Assembly (NCBI GenBank): GCA_050084515.1
Contig: CM114271.1
Span: 36,518,001 to 36,582,000, forward strand
Length of the DNA: 64,000 nt
DNA from: Blasia pusilla
Taxonomy: Eukaryota
Direction: 5' to 3'
Part shown: one piece after another, positions 38,544 through 50,449 of the stretch
Layout of the letters: each line of letters begins with the position of its first letter
How positions within the stretch are numbered: position 1 is the stretch's first letter
Position numbers and translations under genes: made by a program
Notes under the pieces: generated by a model
Seen by the model: the letters and a program-made list of their open reading frames with translations, nothing else
The model's database searches: none
What the model was told of the DNA's origin: nothing

Positions 38544-41500
38544 ATGGTCGTGAGAGTAAGCCAAGCAATGATAGTTCCACTATCACTTCAGGGAGGAGTA
38601 AATGGTTGTTCTTTAGCGAACAAATTTCACAGTAGTAGGGATCTGTGCTTGCAGTCCGTGCCGATGGAGCAGAAATCGAAAGGCGGTGTTGAGAATTGCA
38701 ATCAAGGAGGGCATGATAATATGTTGGCATGGCAGAGGACTGCTTCGGAGGGTTCGATATCATCCATTGACAGCTTACCTGGTGCAGAACCTGGGGTTTT
38801 CTCCCCCTCTGACCTGCAGCAGTCCATATTTCGTAAGGCAAGGCTCAGCGTATCGGAATCGGACGACGAGTCCTTTCTCGAATTAATGCAGGAGGAATAC
38901 TCTCTCAAAAAACTGAAGCGTCCAATCACTGGGGCCTCTGTGCAGCCTCATTCTGCAATGGCTCAGGCCATGGATGAAGGTGATCCTGAGGCAGGCCTTG
39001 TCACCACTAGAAGTTCTCCTGTAGGTTCTGAAGAAGGAAGGCTATTCAGATTAGGAGGTAGTCCACCTTGGTGTTCGTCTTCTAGGTTTAATTGTTCTCG
39101 TCTGGATAAATTCATTGACTGCTTGGGGTCCGCAGATGCTTTCGTACCTAGAAGATACGTTTCTTCCAAACTAGCGGGGGGTTTCTCTTCTTGCAAGGCT
39201 CTGTCTGATGCGGAGTCGTTGTCTAACACTCGAAATCAGTCCGAGTCTCACCTTGGCTCTTGTTCTGTGGGAATGGGGTCAGCGGCGCAAGATCATAGCT
39301 CTACCCCGTCCGACGATGGGAAGGACTTCCCGTCTTCAAGAGTGAAGTTTATGTGCAGCTTTGGCGGGAAGATTTTACCAAGGCCTTCGGATGGCAAACT
39401 GCGCTACGTTGGGGGAGAGACACGCATTATTGCTATCCACCGGGATATCAACTTCGCCGATCTGAAGGCGAAAATGAAAGATGTCTATGGCCAAGCTCTG
39501 ACATTCAAGTACCAGGCGCCCGACGAGGATCTTGATGCCCTCATCTCTGTCTCATCCGATGATGATCTGGAAATCATGATGGAAGAGTACGACAAGTTGG
39601 AGGCTGAGGGATCGTCGAGGCTACGTGTATTTCTCTTTTCTGGTGACTCTGAATCTGGATTTTTTCATAAAGATTCAGGCGGGGATTTAAGGAATTCGGA
39701 GCAACGCTATGTAGATGCAGTGAATGGCATTCCGGAAGTTGTTAGCAGAAGGCAATCGGACTCGGCTGGAGGGTCAGCCCCGTTGTCCTTGGATCTCCTC
39801 GGGCTCGAAATGGCGGAATCTTGGCCGCACGGCGCAGACACGGTTCCTATGGCCTTAATAGCTCCCCATTTATCTCACGATCCATCCATGATTCAAGTAC
39901 CGGTAGCTCTCCCTGTTTCCAACATTCAGAGCAGGTCCAATGCTCCCTCTGCCCCGTCTTCTGCACCGTCATCCCCTCCTCTCCTTTCTCGCCCCGCTCA
40001 TGGGAAATTGGCCATGGCATCAGACTTGCATCTTCAGTATCTCCAGGACTCACACTTGAAGGTCGGTGGACCGCAGTATAACGTCATGGCTTCCGAGGGT
40101 GCTTATCAAGATAATGAGAGCTATGGAGGTTCAGGAGCATCGTCAGGTGCAAGTCAACATGAGATGCTGTATCGAAGTTCGGATTCCAGGAGAGGACCTG
40201 AATCACCCCCAAAGAAGTACCACGAGGTTTTGCATCCTGACCATCCTATAGCAGTCGATCAAAGACGTCTGTCGGGAACGAAGATGCCTCGGGTTAGCTC
40301 ACATGGGAAATTGACGCGGTTGCCTGAGCATGTGGAATTAGCCCCCTCTTCCAGGGTTGATTCCCAGCTGTTCCCGGATGTACACTTGGCTCCAGTCGAA
40401 ATTCAAAGGCTACTCCATCAACAGCCCTCACTGCAACAAAATGTCTGGCAGCACCCCCTGGATCCATCGCAAGACGGTTACAGGAGGCCCGAATTGCTTC
40501 AATCCACAGTGGCACAGGCGAGTCAGCAGCAGCAGGGTTACCCGCAGCAGCAAATCCAGTCAATCTTATATCGTTCTGGACTCTCTCAAACCGGAGGTGG
40601 ACATGAAGGTGCCTACAGGCAGGGTGATCAGCAATCGCAGCAACCCCAACAATTCCAGGAAGATCTGTTGCACTCTACGAACTTCATACCGAGGACAGTA
40701 TCGTCGCAAGCTATAGCGTCTGGTGTCGCACCTGGTCAATCTACTTCTTATCATGTTGGTTCCGCCCCATCTTCTCCTCGACCTGGTTTTAGGGAGGTGC
40801 CCCCAAGACATCTAGCAGGTGCACAGCAGTTGCAGATGCACTGGCCGTTCAATAATGCTGCCTACGTCGAGCAACAGCCACAATTTGGGAGGAGGGTGTC
40901 GAACTACGGGGATCAGTCGAACAGAACTTACCGCCAGTCAAGTTCTCCTCCTCGTTATCGTGATCACCTGGCCCACGCAGATGAAAGGTTGCTGAGGCAG
41001 ACGCAGCAGGTACCCGAGGCCTTGCATCATGATCAAGTTTCCAGTTCTGCTCAGCTCCTGTTCGAAACGAGCGGTGTCTCCCAAGCGCAGTATGACTTGC
41101 TATCTAGACCACAAGTGCCACAATACAAGGGACACAATCCTTTTCAGGATAAACTCGTTCCATACCAGGATCACTCTGATATCAGCGAATCCAGGCGCCA
41201 CATTCTGCAGCAGGGGAAAGAGAGTCAATTATCTGGCCAACAGCACTTGCACCAGTTGCATACGAATCAGAGGATAGACTTTCAAGATTCGTTGTTACAG
41301 CCTGTGGAATCCATGCATTCCCTGTATCCAGAGAATCAAGAAAAGGCCGGAGAGTGGATGGTACAAGATCGCGAGCGTGCTCAGGAAGATGAGAATGCCC
41401 GAGCGAGACTTCTTGCAAAGTTTAGGGAAGAGGAAATGTCTGTGGAATCTGGGGTTGCGCACCCCAACGAATCTCAGCAAGGAATCTACCCTGGTCTACA

Positions 41501-44500
41501 CCTACCCGAGACGTCAGAAGATCTGCTCACACAATCTTTAGGAGAGTACGCGGGAGGAAGTCGCAGGAATGAGCGACATGGATCACCAAGTGCTTTCCAA
41601 TTTCGACATGGCATGCTCCCACCCAGTACACTAGCAGGCTACTCAGGTTCCAGATCTAGATCCAATTTGACAGATACTTCTCACGGGGCCCAGCATTTGA
41701 GCAGGTTAAATGATGCTGACTATCTAGCGGTTGCAGGTCTGAGAGGCGGAGTTACTGGTCAGGATCTAAGAGCCCCAGGCTTGTTTGAGATCAATGGTCA
41801 CCAGCATGTGTCCTCGCAGATGAGGTCTGGTCCTCACCGTTTGGCGGATGAAAGGACAGTGGCTTCTGCATTCAATCCCATGACACAACTACACAATTTG
41901 AGAATCAACGATAATATGGCTCTGAATAGTGATTTGCGATGGGGTGGAGGTCCTGGATCCGAGGACCTGAGAAATGAGGTCCAATCTCATGGTAGAGACC
42001 GAGTTGGGAATCTTTTTGAAGATCGTCTCCAGGGACTTGCCGGTCTGGCCATGGGCAGGGTTGGTGGCAAGCTTAGCAGGCCTTCAAGTTCTACCAATGT
42101 CCCAAGTCTCATTGATGAGCAGGGAGAAGCGCCTCATTTACTCCACGTGAACACTTACAGTACTCAAAACTATGGTACCAGCTTTACTGATGAGGATCAT
42201 CTTTCTTCGCATATAACCCAGAATATTCAGGCAATTGATAATCCCCTGTACTCTTCAAGTGTATCATATGGCACAACTCCCTCAATTCCTTTGGACCCAT
42301 CACTTGGAACTTCAACAGGAATGATGCAGGTGCGCTTTGATTCGTCTCTTGCTGGTTCGTCTATCTCAGATTTTCAAAAGGCCCAGGATGATTTGCCAAA
42401 CATCAAAACTACTGCGACTCAAATTCCATCAATAGGGGATCATGATTCTGCAGGGTCGCGAAGCAGTGGAGGAAGATCAGATAATTCAAGACTTGGAACT
42501 GACGAAGTTCTGGGTGGGCAACCGACCATGGATCAACGCACAATAGACATGGTAGTTGCTGCCCTGGAGATGGATCAGAATGGATCCAATGCAAACCGTT
42601 TTGATGCATCTCTCATCAAAACTTCATCGCAATTAGAGCTGAAAGGAGGCCAAAGTCATGGAGACAGCGAAGAAGAGGTGCTGAAAGATGGGGAGCAAAC
42701 AGACCATGGCCTGGACTCTGCTCCAACTTTCTCTGAGTTTCTTTTGGACTTGAAACTTGGTGATGCGGAAATGACTAGGGAACAAATTTCCTTGGACACA
42801 GAGGGAAATAGGGATTCTTCCAAATATGACCATGCTGCTGTAGAGTATATTGAAACAATTACCAGCACACATGATGGAGAACCTCATGAGGTACAAAATA
42901 ATTTCTCCACTCCAATGATTGCTCGGAGGTTTAACCTGGCTGTAATCTACATCAAGCTGAAAATGTTGAGTTGCTCTTGAGTGCAAGTCAACTGCTGTAT
43001 TTTTGTAGTTCACTGAGGAAAGTCGGCCCATTGTACTTTTCAGGACGCCCAGATTAGGTCTCCTGAGGAGGAAGATGATGATCAGAAGGTCAGCAGTACA
43101 GGCTTGATTTCTGATCCAGCTACTAAAGCCATGAAAAAGGGCTTACAGGTGAACAATGATTGCAACTCTAATCCTGGCCGAGTGTATTTCCTGGGCTGCT
43201 TGTCATGTCAACGTCTTCTTTAAATTTATGTGAACATTCGCTGTAGTTGAAATCTGATATAAGATTTTTGGTGGGATTTGAATTGCAGACAATAAAGAAT
43301 GCAGATCTTGAGGAGTTGCGGGAGTTAGGTTCAGGCACCTTTGGAACAGTTTACCATGGGAAATGGAGGGGTACCGATGTGGCCATTAAGCGTATCAAAG
43401 CAAGCTGTTTTGCTGGAAGGCCATCTGAACAAGAGCGCCTGGTAAGACCAGATTTGGACCAGAGAGATTGCCTCTTTAATCTCAACCATAAAGAAGTGAT
43501 AGTCCTGCCCAATATGTGTTGCAGAAAACTTGTTTACTGATATTGTTCTATGCCCTATGTGTTGATGGATCACAGATAGAAGACTTTTGGAGGGAAGCCT
43601 GCAACTTGGGGGGTTTACATCACCCGAATGTAGTGGCTTTTTATGGTGTAGTTGCTGATGGTCCTGGAGGGACATTAGCAACTGTTACTGAATATATGGT
43701 GAATGGTTCTCTGAAACAAGTTTTGCAGAAAAAGGACAGGTAAGGAAGCTGTGGTCATAATGTTCATTTTAGAGACTCAGAGGGGTGACTTGGATGGTGT
43801 ACTTGAAGGATATTAGTTTGCTGATCATGGCTTTTGTATTAACCTGATATTGTTTATCTGAATGGCAAAAAACTAGAATAACATTGGTGAGACTTAACCA
43901 TGTGCCCATGATTTTGTCCTGTGCAGAACAATTGATCGTCGCAAAAGATTATTGATTGCTATGGATGCTGCCTTTGGGATGGAGTACTTGCATGGAAAGA
44001 ACATAGTACATTTTGACTTGAAGTGTGAGAATCTGCTTGTGAACATGAGAGATCCCCATCGACCAATTTGTAAGGTAGCTAGTCCTTTTTATGTTGGCTT
44101 TTTTGGGGCCTTGTTATGCTTCTGCGACTTATTAGTGGTCAGCTTATTGGTGACATCAGAAGAACAGTGTTTTCTCTCTCTTTGAAGTTCATAGCTTTAT
44201 GAGGGTATGATACCTATGGATACAGAACGACATGTTATCTCATGTTGATGAGTCCACTGTTTGTTTAGGATATGCTTTCATGAAAACTCATTCTGTGATC
44301 ATGGGTTTGCACTCAGGTGGGTGATTTAGGTTTATCCAAGGTGAAACATCAAACAATGGTCTCTGGTGGTGTTCGTGGAACCCTTCCGTGGATGGCACCA
44401 GAGCTGCTGAACGGCTGTAGCAGTCTTGTGACAGAGAAGGTAATGGGCCTTGTCTCGAAAACTTGTTTCATGTAGATGTACAAAATCAAGTCGTCTGATC

Positions 44501-45284
44501 AGTAAATGGGATTTTTGCTGCCAACCATCTTGCCTTTTGTCATGCATGTGAAGGAGGTTGGATTTGCCCAGTCAATTTCGCTATTTGTGTTGGAGATTTT
44601 CAGAGTATTTGCAGCTCACAGCAACATTTTGGTTTTCCATGCTTCAGGTGGATGTTTTCTCTTTCGGTATAGTGATGTGGGAGCTTTTAACAGGAGAGGA
44701 GCCCTATGATAAGATGCATTATGGGGCAATCATAGGTAAGGACTAATTACTTTTTAGTATGGGGCGTGCCTGATACTTGCCGATGGTTGCCAATCATTTA
44801 TGATTTGAAGATGGACTCTCGAGTTCTTTTCGTATGAGAGGGTGCCCTGAATCGGCATTCTCTCATAATGCACTATCTCATGTGAAAAGAACTCTCAAAT
44901 GCATTTCTCTCACTAACATTTTATACATGTAAGCATAATGTTCCGCATGGAAATATGCCTCTTTCCAGTTTTTTTTCATGAGGAAGTGCCCTGTCATTGG
45001 TAGCTTCTAGTATGAAAGTTTTATGATGTTTGCTAAGAGTGATGCTTTTGTATGTTGCAGGTGGGATTGTAAATAATACACTGCGGCCACCTATTCCAAA
45101 ATGGTGTGACCCTGCGTGGCGCTCTCTGATGGAGAGGTGTTGGGCAAATGAACCAGCTAGCAGACCATCTTTCTCAGAAATAGCAAGTGAATTGCGGACT
45201 ATGGCTGCAGCCCTGCAACCGAGGGCACAGGGACAGGCACAAGGGCAATCAAATTCACAGCCACCAATGCCAGTTCATGCCTAG
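38544..45284 (+). CDS. Raf-like MAPKKK, B4 subgroup (PB1 domain + C-terminal kinase), ~1783 aa; exons 38544-42890, 43044-43148, 43289-43441, 43576-43739, 43927-44074, 44317-44439, 44648-44735, 45061-45284
   Basis: PB1 signature [31 protein letters not shown]; kinase motifs [45 protein letters not shown]. All introns GT-AG; joined exons total 5352 nt in frame. Start codon less certain. Confidence 0.95.
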
Positions 45285-48200
45285 AAGCAGCTTCTGTCAT
45301 AGATTTCACCGGTGCCCAGATATGCTGGGTAGGTCTATCGACGCGTTGCTAGCTTGAACTCTTAGATCAAGGTCTTTGCTTGGGTTAGCAGGCCTTTGTA
45401 CATCAGCGTGATTGTATTTGGAAACAGACAAGTGATTTGTCTACCCTCAAATCGGCATTTCCATGTGGAACATTTATGCTTACATGTATAAAATGTTGAG
45501 TCGCCTTGTATATGGCGGGGGTTAGATCAGCAGGCACGGAGCACTGCTAGAGGATTGGTTGCCTTTTCCTGCAGCCCTTGATGGTTATAACAGACATGAC
45601 TTGATGGGGTGAATTTTTTGAGTGGATATTCTGCTATAGCCATACACGTAGTGATCCATGGTGTTCAGATCCAGCTTGTTTACTTCGCCTCCATATGAAA
45701 AGGCCTTATAGGATATGTGTACAATATAAGCTCAAGAGGCTCAACTGAATTTGACGTAGAGCAGACTTTTGCTCTCTGCAGTGAGAAATTTGTACAACTG
45801 CTTTCAAGGGAACCGTTCTGCTACAGGTAGAGATTGACCCTCTAAGCATCCCTCGTGGGTTTTTTCCACAATATTCTCACGAAATGCTGAAATGAAAAGT
45901 TTAAGCCTTGGGAAGTAAGATATTAGAAGTACTACGTCCCTAAAATTTTTGTAAAGCTATGGCACAAGAGTTTACAGATCTTAGAAAGGTAGGCAGAGAA
46001 CTTTAATTTTTGAATGTAGCTTGGACGCAGAAATCTCGTTTTTTATTTGATTTGAGGCCGAGAAAGTCATGATATATTGTCCCATGGTAGGCGCAAGGTG
46101 ATGTGTAGATCTTCCTTTCATTCAAGTGATAGCTTCTAAACTGTAAATATTAATCTTGTGGTTACATTGCTTTTGGCAAATGCAGGTAAGCATGACGTGA
46201 GAGAATCTCAGACAAGCGGGAAGCTTGGTTGGAGGTCGATTTAATGCTCTTAGTCGACAAGCTATGATGCAGTCATACACATCGCACGGGTCTTTGAGGG
46301 GGAGCTGCATTTTTCAATCGATAGAAATTTTCATCTGGTCATTGAGCAAATGCGACGACAGTTACTGAGTCATTTGCATGAAGCAATACTGGGGAGGCAC
46401 AGCTGTGCAGTGAGCAGCGGATCAGGGCGGCGGTACCGATTTGTAAAGCAAAGAGATCCATTGTGTAAAATAGTACGTGACAGTAGTTAAGGGTGTCTGG
46501 TACGTACATATTTGAGTAGGTAGATTAACCATGATCACCAAGAAACTGGCCCATTCAATTGGGCAAGTTTTTTTGACCACCATTATTTTGTTCACCCCAC
46601 GATCTGGGTTGATGTTATTCTTTTGGGGAGTAAACCACCTGGTTGTCCGTGTCTCCTCCTGAGTACAATGTTGAATGTTCGGTCAAATGGAGATTTTCCG
46701 GTGGTATCGAGACGCAAGTATCGTTATTCAATCCATGCTTACTTTGAGAGGATATCGTAAATCTTATGCAGCTCCGCTGATGGTTGGGCTTTCAATTACC
46801 GGAACCATTTGTACGCTTGCAGATTCGGTTTTGGGATTCTTGGGGAAGAATATGCCTTCTCGACGCGATGAAGCAGTTACCGACTTCTCTGGGAGACAGT
46901 ATTATCGCTGCCTGCGCACATTGAACACGACGCTCCTGGGGTATGAAGCGCGCGTACTTCTGGGCCTCGGTATACTGTACCACACATTACACTCACTATA
47001 TGAAGTCAGCAAAAGACCTAAGCGTCGCGTTTGTATGGTTGTATTTTTAGCTGTCAGGTTTTTGGTTCCGAAAGCCTTTTACGTCTGCAGCTCATCCGGG
47101 CCACGCTACTCGCGTCAAACTATCATGGATCCTGACACGATTGACGAGTTTCCGAAGGAAACTTCGTTAAATTGTGAGTTTGAGGTGCTGGGAAGTTAAG
47201 ATTAGTCATTAAACCTTACTAACATAAGTTATTAAACTGTAGTATATTCTAAGATTTCAGATTTTCCCAGGGGTTTACTGACTTAACTGTCTTTCCCTCA
47301 TGGACTTGGCTTCTAAGCGAAGGGACCTAAGCATGAAGTTTGCCCACCACTATGACTCCCTGTTTCACTTGCCTAGCTTTGGATAACGGGTCGCATCTGT
47401 TTTGTGGTTGGGTCATCCGTCTCCTTTTGAAGGCCACGACCCGATGGGAATCCTCCACACGTTCTCCTTCACAGCTGGAATTTATGCGCTCATGGGATTT
47501 CTAAATTTCAAATCTTTGAGTGTGCAGCCAATCTGGAGAACTTAGCATTTACTCCCTCATTGGCCCTTTCATTTGGCCCTTTTTAGAAGCTTCTGAGCCA
47601 GCCAAAAGCTTGATTTGTATTGTAGATATGAGCAGAGCAAAATAGAGTGATGCAATCGGATGGGATATGGAATCGTTGGGAAAGCATTCAACAGGACCAA
47701 ATTCTCATAAATAATCTGACAGTTGTACACAGGTGCCGTGCAAACGTATTTCTGGGTCACTGGAGGTAACGGATGCGGTCAAAGTGAGAATCTGCGACCT
47801 TGAAATCGGATCAGAGTACGCAGACGATGGCATCCCGTAACTCCAGGGAGAGTCGTGTCTCTCATGAGAAAGACACATGAGACCCACGATTGATGGTCAG
47901 CCGAGTCAAGTCTGCCGACTCAGCCATAGTCCTGATGAAATGGTTGATACGTATTGGTGCAGAAGACCTAGACGTCTCGAGTATAGCGGTCCCTTCAATC
48001 AATACCATACGGTGCAGTCGAGCGGATACAGTACCTGTGGTGCATCATTATGAGCATATGTGCAAAGGACAGATCACCGCAGCACCCTAAATGCCGATAT
48101 TCCTTCCTATGCTTTACATTTCCAGGCGAGGAAATCGTAGTCGGTGTTGCCTTCTGAGTGGGGCAAAACCACCATGTGTAATATTATCCAGGTCTATTCA

Positions 48201-48861
48201 ACATATATTAGGAGGATTCAACAAATTTAGGGAAATAGACTCGGAGTTTAGAGGTGCCTGTCTTTCTTTACGAAATTACTTCTTATGTAAATTGTATTTT
48301 CCTTTTGGCAACAGATTTGTAGTAAAAATAGTTGACATTCTATCTAGACCTACCCATTTTCCTATCTCAACATTTATCTGATAGGGGACCCCCTTATCTT
48401 TGGCACGCCTCATTGTGATGGGTTGTTTCCTAGGTGGAGGTGAAATTGTTTCCAATTTGGTTCTTAAAAGGGAGGCTTGGTGACAATCTAGATCTCTTAG
48501 TGATCTTACCATGGGATGCACATTTCCGAGTCGTTGTCATATCTCTATAGAGTGAGGACATTATTTTTTAAACGTAATGTAAGGTGCGTTCACATGGGAC
48601 TTGAAACATGTGGATGGTCTTAGAAGGATCAATAATTTTCATGGTGCACATGGTATTGGCTCTTCTTATTTTAAGAGTGGATCCTCAAGTCTTATGTGTA
48701 AAGTTTGGGAAGTGAAAACTTCTTTTTGAGATTTATGTAAGAGGAATTTGTAGGGGATTTATTACGTGGGGATCTCCTTATGAGCATTTGTAAACTTCAT
48801 GATGCTTCTCGTGTCTTTTTTTTCTTGTTCTTTTATAAAAGTGACCTTAGAGTCTTTAGTG

Positions 48862-49169
48862 CAATGTCGTACATAAATAGAAAAGTCCAAACATGTCAAC
48901 GGATATGCCCAACGGGACCCCCGCCCGCACCTGAGCGCACCCCTGAACCCGTCGAGCCCGTAACGTAGTCCGGGGCTTGTCCAACCCGCACCCATTTTGT
49001 GGCCCGCGCTCGGGCTTCATGCAGGCTACAAAATGGGTACGGGTTGGCGGAGCCTGGGTCTACTTTAGTGATGTTATAGGCTCGGTGGGCTCAGGGGTGG
49101 GCCGCTGGTTTCCAAGCCCCCACAGACATGTCCATGTCAACACACAAGCCTTGTCCGTGTGCAACCTTG
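48862..49169. mobile_element. GC-rich hAT-type MITE with family-like termini and a different core
   Basis: CAATGTCGTA...TGCAACCTTG flanked by perfect 8-bp TSD CTTTAGTG (48854-48861, 49170-49177); internal inverted repeat ACCCGCACCCATTTTGT / ACAAAATGGGTACGGGT. Confidence 0.8.
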
Positions 49170-50449
49170 CTTTAGTGCAATAATGGGGAGGGAAGACTTA
49201 TATGAGGGGCTTATTTTGAAGTTATTCATAGAGAGCTTGCTCAAGGATGGGTGGTCTTCATGTTGAGTTTGGTATTCTCTTTACTTGTTTTATGGAATAC
49301 TAAGTCCATTATATTTTGTATAGGAATCATCGCAAACCATACAAAAGTTGAAAATCATTCTCATGTAATCATACAAGAGAATGATTATTCCTTAGGCTCT
49401 CACAATATCTCAATTCTATTTAGGTAAGGTTCATATAGTTGCATATATCATGTATATCTACCTCACACTAATTAAAGAAGATGATTCATGGATAGTTCAT
49501 GATTCATCTTACATTTTTTGCAAGCCTACTTTCATTTTTTGGAAGATCTTCTTCTCCACCAACATATTAGATTTGTATTGTGCAATGAGGAAATAATTTT
49601 AAGTGTCCCTTCTATCCTAGTTGGAGATACAAACACGAATATTGTTATTGAGTTTATGTAGGTAGTAGAGTTGGACAAAATGCATCATTTTGTAGGCCTA
49701 CTAGTGTAGAAATATCAAAATGTCATGTACTAGGGTGATAGTATGTTGCACTTTCATGGTAGTCTCTGTTGGTTGTCTTGTTGGTCTTGCCTTGAAGGGG
49801 ATGCCCAACTTGGTTTAACTTCTTTTTATGATTCACTAGTGCTCTCAATGAGTATTTTTTTTATGAGTGGTAAGCTCAAATTACCAAATAGAGTCTCTAA
49901 CGTAGTCTTGTTGTACGATATCAAGGAAGTAACTAGGCTATGAGTTCTTTTATGGATATAGCTTCCGGATTAGAAGTGAACCACATGAATTTCTTGAAAA
50001 AAGTATGATTTTCCAATTATAGATTCTATGCATGTCCGAATCATATTTTCTTCAAAAATTAATATTAGAGCGTGGGATGGAGACAAGACACAATGGTAGC
50101 AAAGATCTCAAATGTAAAATTTGAAGTGAAGAAATTCGAGGGGAGTGGAAATTTTGGATTGTGATGGCTGAAAGTGAGAGCTCTCTAGTGTCCTTGGTGC
50201 AAAAATGACTACATAAGGCATTAGGGAAGAAGCCCATAGAAAAATCTGATGAAGAGTGGGAGTAAATTAGATTGAGGGTTGCAAGCAAAATCCAATTATG
50301 TCCTTTTATGGGATATTCTACAATGTGATGAATGAGAACAAGCCATCTAAGTTGGGTCAAAGATGAAGAGATTTTAAATGCTAAGTTCATTGACAATCCG
50401 ATCATACTTGAAGAAATAGTTGCACACTCTATGTATGAAGAAGAGCACT

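Noticed and set aside
42891-42980. C-terminal tail of the 1478-aa ORF as a kinase-less protein
   Set aside because: Read-through into intron 1; the GAG|GTAC donor splices in frame to the kinase exons.
46675-47199. 174-aa ORF downstream of the kinase
   Set aside because: No motif or splice support that I can recognise; cannot be excluded without expression data.
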